Assembly: GCF_039654945.1 (NCBI RefSeq)
Contig: NW_027361792.1
Span: 1,612,001 to 1,676,000, forward strand
Origin: Dendrobates tinctorius
Taxonomy: Eukaryota
Direction: 5' to 3'
DNA length: 64,000 bases
Numbering within the stretch: the stretch's first letter is position 1; each line of letters begins with the position of its first letter. Below are positions 24,606 to 39,600 of the stretch, piece by piece. The notes beneath the pieces were generated by a model. It made no database searches, had not been told where the DNA came from, and saw nothing but the letters and a program-made list of their open reading frames with translations. The position numbers were made by a program, and so were the translations under genes.

Positions 24606-27600
24606 CTATGGAGAGGAGATAGAAAGTAGATTTAGGGAACCGATTATAGGAGACCAGCTAGGGCATTGGTAGATGAATTATTTATTTGAAGACGATTATG
24701 GGCCCATTTTTAACGTAAAAAAAAACAAACAAAACAAACAAGTGGACGATGGCTCTTGTGAATCCCGATTACTTTCTAATCCTACGGAGGCCAAGCTCCC
24801 ACCATGTTTTGGCCTGATAAAACGTCACAAATATCTGATCGCGGCACACGGCTACATTCACACCAATGTATTTCCAGTCGGTCCATGAGCACGCTGAATG
24901 AAAGTGCATGAGCGATGTCTCACGCAGACTGTAGAAAAAAAATTGAAGCCTGTGTGACTTTTATTCGCAATTCTATCCATGATGCAATCTGACACGTACA
25001 GTGTTTAATGCAATTATTTATGTCAAAGCCAAACGTGGATACCGCAGGATGGAAACGCAAAAGTCCATGTCCTACTTTTGCTTCTCCAGCGGCTTTGGCT
25101 CAAAAAACACATTAAAAACTACAACAAAAATTGTGTGGGATTCCAGTAATGCAATCTATTTGCCAACACTACGTAGACATGTTGGTGGATTATGTTGGTG
25201 TAAGGGAGCTCATATGTGGAGCCACCTATGCTTTTTATTAACCTTGTGAGTTTACACTTTTGGCATACGTCTTTCTCAGAGAAACCCATGGGGACAATGT
25301 ACGTCCTACACGGGTAAAAACGTGAGTAGGAACAGGGCCTTACTTGTGCATCGGTTGTGATCAGTTGCTGGTGAGGTCTGCCCTATAGTAAAAGTAACAC
25401 CATATGTTAAATCATCATGGAGATAAGGACCTTTTATCGTGTAAGACGAACACCACTCAATAATTGTACCAGCAGTTACATCTGATACGTGATGACACTA
25501 ATAAAAGCTGATTCACAATGTGCCTCCGATAATCTGTGCTGGACCCCCTCATTGCTGCATTGGGGTCTCTTTGCCCAGACACCAGATCCTGACCACTCAG
25601 TCACATGTCAGGAGGAAACGACCCTTAATAAAATGTCTTCTGTGTAACATGCACAACCTTTAGAAAGCCATTTCTCACCAAGTCTTCAGCCATCGACTGG
25701 ACAGCAATGTCGATAGAAAGGCTGCTCAGCTGAGGAGGGTTCTGAAACTCCCGGTAGAAGGTCCCCACGTCCATTGGAAGATCATCTTTAGAAAAGGCCG
25801 GTCGCTACAAGAAAAACGAAACAATATGCTTTATCATGAATGGGATTTGTTACAGTTGATCCGCTGGACAGAGGATGAATATCCCCAATGATCACTGGTA
25901 TGGAAGCACCTAGCGCAATGGTTCTCATCTCAGCACAAGTGCAGCGAGGAGATGACTGACGGCAGTGTCGTAAGTCTATTCATAGATCGAGACCGCCAGT
26001 AATCAATGGGATCCCGGCAGATTGGACCTCCAGTGATCCACTATTTGTGAGAACAAACGACAATTAAGGACTTAGGATAAGTCATCAATATCAGATTACT
26101 TGGAGTCCGACACCCGGCACCCCCACTATTAGCTGTTTGTTGGTCATGCTTTGGCTGTAAGAACAGAATGTATGGAGGCAGAACCTCACAGCTGCTCACA
26201 CCGTGTCATGGCCGCTCTACAGTACAAGCTGCTGCAGATGGGGATAATGGTTGTCGGACCCCCACTGATCTCACAATGATGACCTATCCTAAGGGCATAG
26301 TCAGACAACCGTATAAATCAGACCGCAATGCACGGATTGGCCGGCCGGTCTCCCAACCCGAGAGTGACAGGTGCATAGAAATATATGATGCCGTCAGGCT
26401 CAGGTCCAGAGAACCGCCAACCAGTCTGTGAAAGAAATATTAAATACTCAACTCACACATTATAGTTTACTGTGCTGCAGAGACTAGATACCAGGAGCAG
26501 CACCTGGCAGCGGGCACGAAGTGTAGGGTATGGTCGTGCCAAGATCAACCAGTCGTGATATAGTAACAGATGTGAGCGGACTGCAAGACGCCACAAAAGA
26601 ATATGGACTCACAAATGACTTGCATTCGTTTAATTTTACTTGTTAGACAAGAGCCACTTACAAAGTCCACCATAACAAAATCATCCTGGGGCACGTCATT
26701 GCTAGAGCAGGAGCTCTGCAGGCTGCGGGCATCTGGCGACACCTCTACTGGCGTCTCAGGACAGACCACCTGCAACGGAAACACCTACTGTATCAGAAGA
26801 AAACATTTACACCCATCCTCATGTGGCATAATGACAGCACAAAGTGACACGGGTCAGGGGTGCGGACGTACCATGGGGTCGGTGTCCTCTGCATCAGTCT
26901 GTCTGGGTGCAAACACAGCAAATGGTATATCTGTGCTGGCGTACGTGACCTGTGGGAAAAGAGCAAAACAGCTCATCTTTCATTATAGCGATGGCTTGTG
27001 ATCTACAGGGATTGTCCGGTATAACTAATATTCGCCCCTTTAAGCCTCTGTCCTGGTCCCTGCTGGTCTCATTTACTTCCGGGCAGGTGATCACAAGATG
27101 TCCAAGCACCTGACCACTGCAGCCAATCTTTGCCCAGAGAGGTCATGTGCCCAGGCATGTTAAGGTTGCCGGGAAGTAAAGGAAGAAATCCATGCACTAG
27201 AGCGGAGGCGGCTTAAAGGGGATGATTCCTTTTGAGAAAAAAATTCATATGCCGGGCACACCCTTTAAGACCAGCACATACTCCATCTTTTAAAACTGCA
27301 TTCAATCACCTGAGGGGAAGGTTTGTCCACAAACGCCCCAACTTTGCGTGTAAATAGGATATGTGGAGACTTATTTGGGGAGGCACTCCTCCCTGCGGTG
27401 CTGCTGCCAGATGGGATGTCGGCTTCATCACTGCGTAGAAGTACAAGAATAGATGTGAAATCTGGGATAGAAAGTTCGGTGGGCATACAGGCCGAGGACC
27501 TACCTGCTGGAAGTGGTGCCAGTTACGTGTGATGGCGAGGTCAGAGGCACTCGGTCATGATCTGCTTGGGTGCCGTGTGTAGGGTGGGTCGTAATATTGG

Positions 27601-30600
27601 GCAATCCCCCATCCTTTCCAGGCACCATCATCTATGAAGAGAGTCAACATCAGAGTTAAATGCCAGGACCTCGTCGTCACATCCTCGGCACTAACCATAG
27701 CTCAATCAGCTGTGTACAATCACACACCACTGATGTATGTAGAGAACGGAGACACCTGGGAAACTCAACTGGCCAATGAGGGTTACTAGACCCCAATTGT
27801 TCCAAATATGCCATCCTTACTACCCCTACATCTGCACTGTCTACAGACCAAGCAGGGGCAGACAGAAAGTGTCCGGAGACAGAGAAATGCCACCTCTCTA
27901 CACGGCCAGGAATAAGTAGCAAAGGGATTGCTAGTTCCGAATAGGAGGAAAATGGTTATTCCACCATATTGTAAGAACTAATCAAATGATCCTGAAGTGC
28001 GTTAGGACAGTAAAGCATCAGGGATCAAGTCTACCCAACTTACTACAGTCCTTTCTGTATTTGGGCAGTCGCTATGTCTGTCGGCTTCCAACAGCAGCAT
28101 AAGCTGAGGCCAGAATCAATACAAGGTTCCCATCGAAATGTATTAACCCCCCAGACTTGGATTTACCAGAGTCTTGGCCTTATGGAGAGAAAACCTCCAT
28201 GTAATACAGATTGTCCCGTATACCGTTACCAGTAACCCCATCAGATTCCCCTCCTCCATAGAACCCTGTGAGGGCGATCATCCACGAGTCCTACTCCTAT
28301 GCCCACTCCTCTTGCGGAGGAGTACCGGATGAGGAAGGGTAGCACTCACTCCAGCCGCCAAGGCCACAGGGTAGCCCAAGTCTGAGGATCCAGCTCCAAG
28401 GACAGCTGGCTGGCAAGAAAGGCGAGAGCTGTACAGCTGGAAAGCGAGAGAAAGTAAGAAATAGAAGAAAGGAAATGCAAGATTAAAAAGCAATGATCAC
28501 CCTCCGTTAACTCGGATTTAGGTAGTGATTGTGGGTAAGACACTTGAGTTAAAAACACAGCAATGGGGGATGTTAGATCAGCGCGGGTCCTACACTCAGG
28601 CCCCCTATTAATCCCCAGAACATAGGACTGGTCTCCCTGTTATGGCGATGGGTTAGGGATTCAGGAGGAGTTGAATATTGGGCAAAGTTCTGCCTGCATT
28701 GTTCATGCCTGTGACGCTGAGCAGGGTGATCGGCCATCTTTGCCTGTGTCGGAGACTTGAATGGGGCGGGAGTCATGCATGACCTGCCAAAACATTCACC
28801 ACCTCCTGGTGGTCCTGCAGACGAGGTAGAATCAGTGGCAGCTGTCGCCTATCCAGTGATACATTGTATGGCTAGGAATTCCCTTTTAACCTCAAAATTT
28901 TCTATTCAAATAAGTTTTTAAGAATTTTACAAATATGCTACATTCCTATTTCTACCCCTGTCCAAAGCTGCAAGGAAACAATGTGACTAAACTATCATGG
29001 GCGAGGGACTAGAGATAAACCGGCCTCCTCTCTGACCAGCTTATGTAACCAGCTGTAAGACTGCACAGGTAGCAGATCTGTGAGGATGAGGGGGCACAGC
29101 TGAGCCCCTATGGAAACGTCTGCGTCATTGACCTATGGTGACAGTCCTTGGTATGGCTGCAAATTAACACCAACGTGCGGCGTTACCACAATTCATTGCC
29201 GTTTGTTGACTTAATAGCTGTGCAGTTTTGCAAGTAAAATACAGATTTATCTAGAAAAGTCATGATCAACTTGAAATTAGAAACATGTTGCGGTAAATCT
29301 GCATGTCAGCCATGTTTTTAATGCAACGTGACCACACATTGATTGCACGGCGGTGTCCAAAATCCGTGAAACTGTTGATAAATCTGAGATATGAAATGAA
29401 GGAGGAATGTGCTCTGTACTATGCAATGGTGCCAGATCCGCCGTCAATGGACCTCATCTCCGTCCCCAACATTACGGAATCGCTTCCTATGGGCAGTCAC
29501 ACCATTACTTTTATGATTTGTTACTCTGCTATACCTCGACCTCCGACGGTTATTATTTCCCTTATTCCTGCTGCCCGTTACACTGACACACAGGGGCTCA
29601 CACAGTACACATGCCCATATTGGACTCACTTGGTGAGGGAAGGTCAGTCCCACCGTCAGGACCCTGTGGGAGTCCGTAACCACCGGAGTGGCTGTCTGGC
29701 ACTGTGCCTTACTGAGAGTGAACACACACTACGCACAATGAGCCAGAGACAGACAGACAGAAAGAGAGAGCAGACAGGTGAGATTTGACCGCAGATATCA
29801 GGCTTCATTTTACTGAACCCATAGAGTAAATGCCCGCCTTTTATCATACCATTTTTTGGGCCAAAACCCTGTGAAGAATATTTTTTTCATATAGAGATCT
29901 TCACTGCATTCAACACTCCATTTTTCTGATGCAGCGCTCCAAATCCCCTGCATATATTGTTTAAAGAAACAGTTTGGCTGCTGCAATGACCACTAGAGGG
30001 AGCTCCCTGTACATGGAGCAATGTTTAAAACATTATGCAGTAAGCTGCCCCTAGTGGTGCTTGCTGTAAGTCAGCTAGTCATCCTTAAAGAGGTTGGCCA
30101 TAACTTATATACTGATGACCTATCCTACCCAAACCTTAGGACAGGTCATTAATATCAGATAGGTGGGAGGCACACACCGGGCACCACTCAACTGTGCAGT
30201 GTACAGAGCACAGCTTTGCACGATGTGTGGTGGCCGTTCTCGGTATTGCAGCTCAGATCCTATTAAAGTGAATGTGATCTGAGGTGTAGTAGTGAGAATG
30301 GTCACATTACAGTGTGCGGACCTCTGCTGTTCCAGCTCATCCACCGGGCACCCTGCAAACAGCTTATCGGTGGAGATGCTGAGTGTAGGACCCCCGTAGG
30401 TCTAATATTGACGAACAATCATCAATTTCTAAGTCCTGGACATCTCCTTTAAATCTGAGTTCATACAGGGGATTTGGAGCTCTGTATCAGGAAAACAGAA
30501 CTCCGACTACAATCAAGATATATTAAGAAATTAGTTTAGAACAGAATTTTGAACCTATTTAGATAAATCATAACAAAGGTTGGGCATTCACTTCTTCACG

Positions 30601-33600
30601 CTGGCTTAAAACACCTCCCTGTAGAAATATATTTATTAAAAGACACCATGTATTGCAGTGAAATTAAGTCTTCCCCTTTGTTTTGTGGGTAATGCAATTG
30701 TGTAATGAGCACCTGCAATGTATGCTTACCTGTGACGGAGGGGACGTAGAGAAGGACGTGGCACAGACATCCTGTGAATCCTCCACAGATGGGTATACAG
30801 CTCCTGGCTCCTCCGTTGCCCTGTAAAGAAATATTAAAACAAAACCCAAAAGAATGATCACAGGCTACTATATAGTGAGTCCCCTATCAACAAGACGTGT
30901 GAGAAGACAGCAATGACTCAGACATGAGGGGGACCTATGCGCAGATCAATGAATCGATCTTTAGCTTCAGTAGGGGTCTACAAGCCTTAAACTTTTATGA
31001 CGAGAAATGCTTCAGATGTCTGATAGGTGTGGGCTCCGCATCTCTCCAGAACTCACCAAACACCGATCCCGTCTACCAAGTCACGTTCTTGCCAGGTGGA
31101 GCATAAAAAGCAGTGGCCACTAATGGGCAGAGCTCCCAATATTCACTTCTATGGAAATGTTAGAAACAGGCATATTTGCTAGCTCTCATAGAAGTGGAGA
31201 TAACCGTGAAGATGTGCAGCTATTAATTCAATACTGTTCCTGCAGCCACCTCACCAGGCGGGATGGGAGTCGGAGGACCTGTGGATGGGATTATCTAGGG
31301 TTTAGTTTACCAGCTTTCTCCTGATGGTATTTGATCCCATTGTTGCCTATATACAGTGGGTACAGAAAGAATTCAGACCTCTTTACATTTTTCTCTCTTT
31401 GTTTCACTGCAGCCATCTGGTAAATTCAAAAAAGTTCATTTTTTTTTCTCATTAACCCCTTAACCCCCGGAGCTTTTTTCGGTTTTGCGTTTTCGTTTTT
31501 CGCTCCCTCTCTTCCCAGAGCCATAACTTTTTTATTTTTCAGCCAATATGGTCATGTGAGGGCTTGTTTTTTGCAGGACGAGTTGTACGTTTGAACGACA
31601 CCATTGGTTTTACCATGTTGTGTACTAGAAAACAGGAAATAAAATTCCAAGTACGGTGAAATTGCAAAAAAAAGTGCAATACGACAGTTTGGTTTTTTTA
31701 ACTATTTTTTTACCATATTCACCAAATGTTAAAACTGACCTGCCATTATGATTCTCTAGGTCATTACAAGTTTATAGACACAAAACATGTCTATGATCTT
31801 TTATATCTAAGTGGTGAAAAAAAAATCCAAAACTTTGTTAAAAAAAAAAAAATTGCGCCATTTTCTGATACGTGTAGTGTCTCCATTTTTCATGATCTTG
31901 GGTTGGGTGAGGGCTTAATTTTTTGCGTGCTGGGCTGACGTTTTTAATGATACCATTGTGGTGTAGATACGATCTTTTGATCGCCCATTATTGCATTTTA
32001 ATGCAATGTGACGGCGACCAAACAAAATGTAATTCTGGGGTTTTGACTTTTTTTCTCGCTACGCTGTTTAGCGATCAGGTTAATCCTATTTTTTATTGAC
32101 AGATCGGGCAATTCTGAATGTGGCGATACCCAATAGGTGTATGTTTGATATTTTTATTGCTTTATTTTGAATAGGGCGAAAGGAAATGAACTTTTATTTT
32201 TTTTTTTTATATTTTAAAAATGTTTTTTTTTTTTTATTCAATTTTGGCATGCTTCAATAGTCTCCATGGGAAACTAGAAGCTGCCATAACCCGATCGGCT
32301 CTGCTAGATAGAGGCAATGATCAGATCGCCTCTATATAGCAGAATTACTCACTTGCTATGAGTGCCGACCACCAGGTGATGCTCACAGCAAGCCGGCACT
32401 GACAGGCATAGAGGTCTCTAGGAGACCTCGGGTTGTCGTGCCAAAGAACTGGTGACCCACGATCACGTGTCGCGGGTCACCAGTGGGCGGGTTTCCGGCC
32501 CGATGGCAGGAAGCACGAGTTAAATGCCGCTGTCAGAGTTTGACAGCAACATTTAACTAGTTAATAGCCGCGGGTGGATTGCGATTCCACCGCGGCTATC
32601 GTGGGCACTTGTCAGCTGTTTACAACAGCTGACATGTGCTGGGAAAGATGTGGGCTCACCAACAGAGCCCATATCAAAGGGAGGGAGACTGACATCGGTG
32701 TACTATTACGCCCATATCAGAAAAGGGTAAATGTACACTCTGCACCTCATCTTGACTGAAAAAAAAAAAAAAAAAAAAACAAAATGTAGAAATTTTTGCA
32801 AGTTTATTAAAAAAGAAAAATAAGGATTTTTGTGTAGTCACCGTAAAATCCTTTTCTCCGAGCCAATCATTGGGGGACACAGACAGTGGGTGTTATGCTG
32901 CTTGCCACTAGGAGGACACTAAGTAAACACAGAAAAAAGTTAACTCCTCCCCTGCAGTATACACTCTCTCGCTGACTGGGAATTCCCCAATTCGGTGAAA
33001 AAAGCAGTAGGAGCATTAAACGAATAACAATAATCATAACTGTCAAAATCTAAAAATGCTACAGTGAGCCAATAGGCCAAACAGGGTGGGTGCTGTGTCC
33101 CCCAATGATTGGTTTGGAGAAAAGGATTTTACGATGAGTACACAAAAATCCCTATTTCTCCTACGCCTCATTGGGGGACACAGACAGTGGGACGTCCTAA
33201 AGCAGTCCCTGGGTGGGGAACATACAACTGCTAATATCCTATGTAACACTGACTCAACACTGTGGTACTGCCGACTGCAGGATGCGTCTGCCAAGAGCTG
33301 CATCCGCAGAGGCCTGAGAATGAATTTGGTAATGTTTTGTAAAGGTATGCAGGCTGGACTAAGTCGCAGCGTTGAAGACCTGTTCTGCCGACGCCTGGTG
33401 CCGAATGGCCCAAAAGGCGCCCACTGAGCGTATAGAATGCGCCTTAATCCCTGCTGGGACTGGTGTGTCTCGGACACGGTAGGATTCCTGAATAGCCAAG
33501 CAAGTCCACCTGGCTAGCGTGGGTTTTTTTGAAGCGGCTAGACCCTTCCTATGCCCCTGTGGAAGTAAGAACAGGGCATCTGACTTGTGGAAGGTTGCCG

Positions 33601-36600
33601 TCCATGAGATGTACAGTCTCAGAGCCCTGACCACATCCAGGGTGTGGAAGGCCCTCTCAATGCAATGGACTGGAGCCGGACAGAGGGAAGGTCAAACGAT
33701 TTCTTCATTGAGATGAAAAGACGACCGGACTTTGGGCAGGAAAGACTGGGACGTCCTGAGAGCTGCCTCGTCCTGAAGAAAATTCAGGAACGGAGGACGG
33801 CAGGACAAGGCTGCCAATTCAGAATCTTGTGTAATTGACATAATTGCCGCTAGAAAGACCACCTTCCAAGAGAGAATAGCTAGTGGTATGTCCTGCAGTG
33901 GTTCGAAAAGAACCTCCTGTAAGGCTCCGAGAACCAAGTTAAAGTCCCATGATTCCAATGGCCCTTTATATATAGAGGCGCCACCTGGGAGACTCTCTGC
34001 ATGAATGTCTTCATCTGAAGTTCGGTGGCAATTTTGCATTGGAATAGCACTGACAAGGCTGAAATCTGGCCCTTGATCGAGCTAAGCGCGAGACCTGACG
34101 TTAATCCAGATTGTAGGAATTTCAATATGGAAAGAATAGAAAACACCAGTGGGGATCGACCATGGTCCTTGCACCACGAGAAGAAGATTCTCCAGGTGTG
34201 GTGATAAATGCGCATGGACACGGGCTTCCTAACATTAATCATGGTGGAGATCACATCGGGAGAAAAAACAGCCTGTGCTAAAAACCAGGATTCAACGGCC
34301 ACGCCGTCAAAGACAGGGCCCCGGAGTTCTGGTGGTAAATCGGGCCATGTGAGAGTAGATCCATGCGATCTGAAAGTCACCAGGGGACGCCGGCGACTAG
34401 TTGTACTAGTTCTGTGTACCATGGCCGGCGCGACTAGGATCATTGTTAATCCCTCTGCTCTAATTTTCTTGATGACCCTCGGGAGCGAGGGAAGAATGCA
34501 CGGCAGCTGAAACCGGTGCCACGGCAGAACTAGGGTGTCCGCTCGGATGGCGCTTGGATCGCACGATCGGGTAATGAATCGAGGAACCCTGTTGTGTTTA
34601 GTCTTTTGGCCATATGATCCACATCCGGAGTCCCCAGCGATGGCAGATCTGTTGAAAAAACTTCCGGATGAAGAGACCACTCTGAGGCAAGGCCTTGGCG
34701 ACTGAGAAAAACCACCGCCCAATTGTCCACACCCGGGGTGTGGATTGCGGAGATGGGCAAATGGTTGGTCACGGCCCAATGGAGGATGTGACTCACTTCG
34801 TACATGGCCATCCTGCTCCGAGTACCCACCTGACGGTTGATATACGCCACAGCCGTGGCGTTGTCAGATTGGATCCTGATGAGGTGACCTGCGAGGAGAT
34901 GGTGGAAACTCAGTAGAGCTAATTTGATCGCTCGAATGTCCAAGATGTTGATGGGGAGACGTGACTCTTGAATTAACCAACGACCCTGTGCCGTGTGGTG
35001 ATGAAGAAAAAACCAACACCGGCCTAGGAGACTGGCGTCGATGGTCACCACCGACCATCGTACTGGGAGAAAGAACTTCCCTTAACTCAGGGAGGATTTC
35101 AGTGTCCCCCGCTTGGGGGCTCATCTGACCCGCAGGGACAGAAGGAACCGGCGGTCCAGGGAGAACTGGTTCTTGTCTCAAGTTAACAGCAACGCATGGT
35201 GTAAAGGGCAGAAATGGAACTATGCGAATGGGAACGCTCCCATCGCTGCCCTCTTGTTTACGAGAACTATCATGCTGAAAAACGTATTGAGTGAGAAACC
35301 GGTCGGGAAAGAGTCCACGCTGTTTGTTGTAAGGCTCGGGCCTTTTCTGGAGTGAGAATGACCAACCCGCGGGAAGAGTCCAAGATCAATTCCAAAAAGG
35401 AAATCTGCTGGACCGTTGTTGGGGAAGACTTTTCGAAGTTTATCTTCCGACCCAGGCGAGTAAGTGTATTTACTGTGATATCCACGGATTTCTCGCAGGC
35501 TGGAAGGGATTGGCCTTTGATCAGCAGGTCGTCCAGATACGGCAGTACCACCACTAAACGAAGCGTGGAGAATGGCCATGACAGCAGCCATGGTCTTGGT
35601 ATAGACCCTGGGGGCGGTGGCGAGACCGAAGTGCAAGGCAATGAACTAGAAGTGTTCTTCTTGAACTGCAAAATGCAGGAACTGCTGGATGATAGGGACT
35701 CTCCCCTTTGCATGGCGGCGACACCGATCGGAAGAATTCCATTCGGCATCGCCGTACTTTGACAAACTGATTTAACAGCTTGAGGTCCAGTATGGACCGC
35801 ATCGTTCCTTCCTTCTTTGGAACCACGAAGAAAGGTTTGAACAAAAAAAAAACAAAACAAAAAAAAAAACGCTGAACCATTCGTCTTGAGGGACCGGAAG
35901 GATGACTCCGTCCCTTTGCGGCGCATGAACGGCCCGAAGGAAGCCTGTGACTGAATGACAGCAGACGGCCGCCTACTTTGTCGGTGTCTGCCGGATACCA
36001 CAACAAGTCATTGAGTAGAGGATCTATGGGATGTGCTTCCTTAGATCTAGATGCTGTCGGCCTGGGTTTCCAAGAGCGGTTAGGTCTGTGAGAGACCTGG
36101 GAACCTCTGTCTCCACGCGGGGACCGACGTGATCCGGAAGAGAAGGTTGTGGAGGACCAGCTGGAGCTGTTGCGAAAAAAGTCGAAAAGCGAGTCAGCTG
36201 CTGATTCCGAAAACGTCCGGGCAGCCCCTTGTTGTGGAAGAAACCTACTCTTCCCCCCGGAAGTGTCAGAAATGAGCTGGTCTAGGTTCTTGTCCAAACA
36301 GGCGACCAGTTTGATATGGCAGAGAAGTTGGAATCTGCCCGCCAGTCGCGTAGCCATAGGGCTCTTTTGATGGAGACTGCATTAGTGGTTGCCTTAGCAG
36401 CGCAATTAGCGGCATCTAGAGAGGCGTCTACTGCAAAATCCCCTGCGTGAATTATCTGCCTGGCGACACTGGTTGTCTCCGGAGGATTGCTACCTTGGAA
36501 GGCAGTAATTAAGACTTCTGCCCAAGTGGCCATTGCCTTAGCCACTCAAGTCGCCGCAAAAGATGGAAAAAATGCCGCTCCTGAAGCTCCAAAAACTGAA

Positions 36601-39600
36601 CTGGCGAGGTGGCCAATTTGACGATCGGAGGGGTTTCTGACTGAAGAGCCCTCAGAAACGGATCGAAGCGTTTTAGGAGCAAGGTACAATACAGGAGGAT
36701 CCACCGAGGGGGACTGTAACCAGTCCTTCATTAGATCTTGAGTAAAGGGGTATTTAGCCTCGATAGGCTTTTGCCCTGTGAACCGCCTATGTGGTTAGTT
36801 CCTACACTTCTAAACAATGTCCTTCAACTCCGGATGGCTGGCGAATACCCTGCGTACACGTTTAGTCTTCTTAAAGGAGATAACTTGTTCCGGAGCGGGA
36901 ATATTCTCCTTGTCCAACGTCAAAAACTTGTTGACTGACTGTCAGAGAATCAAGCGATTCATGGACATTTGGGGAATCCTGAGGGACTGACGTGTCAGAC
37001 TCGAATTCAGAGACATGTTCTCTGCGAACATTAGGAGAGGGAAAGCGAGAGATAGAACTCGCCGATGCTGAATCGCGAACGTGACTAGTGGATGCGTCAT
37101 GGGTCCGCTTTCTAGAGACCTGAGGATCCCTTGAACGAGCACGGCCCCTGCTGGCGGACGGTTCCCGGCCGTCACCAAAAGCCCTCCTCGGGCGGTAAAG
37201 ACGCGTTCTGACTTAAAGAGGATTCTCGGAGGAGTCGATAGGCTTGGTCAGTGACTTCACAGACCGTGACAAAGACGCGGCCCACACAGGGGGACTAAAT
37301 GCAGGGAGCACCTTGCAGCGGATGGCGTTTTAGCACAAGCCGGGTCGCAATCCGTGCATAGCGGATTAGTCTGGGTACTGGGCAAGGCAGTCTTGCAAGA
37401 GGTACCAGCGGTAAAGAACGCAGTGCGCTTTTTATTAGCCCCCTTTTGCTTCCTTAGACTGAGACATAGTGCCCGCGAAAGGGTTACAAGCAGAGCCTGG
37501 GCTGCAGCTGCAGGGAATGTGCAGTGAAGAGGTTAAGCTTTTCTCTGAGAGCAGATGCAGCTTACCCGTGGTCCTGATGTTGTGTCCCTGGGAGGAATAT
37601 CGGTGGCCCTGTAGCGTCACCAGGTGTTGTCCATCCGTGCGCGCACCCCCGCAGCTGTCACAGAGCCCGAGGATCAGAGAAGGGGTTAAGAATATAGCAG
37701 TGCTCCTCTCGTACAGAGCGAGAGGCGCCAAAGACATGGGCAGCGCTATGTAAATTGTGGTCTAGTAGGCCGAAAAGCCGGGGACTAAATTTTTGGGCCT
37801 ACCCGCGGCGAGCGCCGGGTGAAGGGGGAGGCCGCGACGGGGCGCCAGTATGCCGCCGAGACTCGGTCAGCGCTTCTCCCGGGGGACCAGGACCCGACCC
37901 CATACTTCCAATCCGGTGCTCGCGCCGTCTGCACTGTTCAAGAGCCTGCAGGTTTCATCCCATCTCCGATCCTGAGGTAAAAGAGCTGCCGGGCGATGTA
38001 GCAGAGCCGGAGAGATTGTTACAGGGGTATTGCTCAATCGATCCACCCTATGGGCAGGGGGACGGAGAGCTATGGGGCTGATTCAGGGCATCCGAAAGCG
38101 CTGGTCAAGTTTTCTCCATGCGCTTGCCCTCGTATCCGTGTGGGGTACCGGGACCGTAAAGGAACCATAGCCAGAAGAATCAGCCCCAGTCGTCACAGGA
38201 AAGTGTACGGGGAGGTATACTCCGCGTGCTTGCCTGTTGTTGGTTCGGGGGAGAGCGGGCCGTAGAAAGGAACCGTCGCCCCCTTCACTCCGTTAATTAA
38301 AAAATAAAAATTTACAGAAAATTCAAAAATAAAAACGGTGGGGTCTGAAACCAGAACCAAATGCCTCCTACAGACACTAAGCAAGAACTGGAGAAATCTC
38401 ATCCAGCGAGAGGGTGTATACTGCAGGGGAGGAGCTAACTTTTTTCTGTGTTTACTTAGTGTCCTCCTAGTGGCCAGCAGCATAACACCCACTGTCTCTG
38501 TGTCCCCCAATAACGCGTAGGAGAAACTGAAATATCACATGGTCATAAGTCTTCAGCCCCTTTGCTCAGTATTGAGTATAAGCACCTTTTGAGCTAGTAC
38601 AGCCATGAGTCTTCTTGGGAATGATGCAACAAGATTTTCACCCCTGAAGTTGGGGATCTCTGCCATTATTCCTTGCAGATCCTTTCCAGTTCTGTCAGGA
38701 TGGATGGTGAACGTTGGTGAACAGCCATTTTCAGGTCTCTCCAGAGATGCTCAATTGGGTTTAGGTCTGGGCCAGTCAGGAATGGTCACAGAGTTGTTCT
38801 GAAGCCACTCCTTTGTTATTTTAGCTGTGTGTTTAGGGTCATTGTCTTGTTGGAAGGTGAACCTTCGGCCAAGTCTGAGGTCCAGAGCACTCTGGAGGAG
38901 GTTTTCACCTAAGATATATTATTATTTATTTATATAGCACCATTGATTCCATGGTGCTGTACATGAGAAGGGGTTACATACAAATTACAGATATCACTTA
39001 CAGTAAACAAACTTACAATGACAAACTGATACAGAGGGGAGAGAGGACCCTGCCCTTTTTGGCTTACATGCTACTGGATGGTGGGGAAGGAGACAGTAGG
39101 TTGGTGGGTTGCAGCAGTTCCGGTGTTGGTTGAGGTGATATCACCGATAGTGGTGAGAGAGGAGGCAGCGGGGTCATTGCAGGCTGTAGACTTTTTTGAA
39201 GAGGTGGGTTTTCAGGATCAGTCTGAAGGATCCAAATGTGGTTGATAGTCGGACTTGTTGAGGCAAAGAATTCCAGAGGATAGGGGCAATTCGGGAGAAG
39301 TCTTGGAGGCGGTTGGATGAGGAGCGAATAAGGTCTTGGGAGGATCGGAGATTACGTGAGGGAAGGTATCGGGAGATTAGTTCAGAGACATATGGTGGAA
39401 GACAGGTTATAGATGGCCTTGTAGGTATTAGTAATTTGAACTGGATACGCTGAGGGAATGGGAGCCAGTGAAGAGATTTGCAAAAGGAGAAGCGGAGGAG
39501 TAGCGAGGAGAGAGATGAATTAGTCGGGCAGCAGAGTTAAGGATGGACTGGAGAGGTGCGAGGGTGCTAGCAGGGAGACCACAGAAAAGGATGTTGCAGT

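Larger units (their letters stand above)
32821..38526 (-). mobile_element. DIRS1-type retrotransposon, full-length but decayed (copy 2, different subfamily)
   Basis: ITRs about 32865-32995 and 38385-38526; ICR about 33083-33192 with junction AAAAATCCCTA|TTTCTCC; RT YLDD, RNase[12 protein letters not shown]-like and YR (AHSIR) remnants. Confidence 0.93.

Noticed and set aside
15121-38526. DIRS or Tc1 copies as active or domesticated genes
   Set aside because: All have frameshifts, stops and/or mutated catalytic motifs
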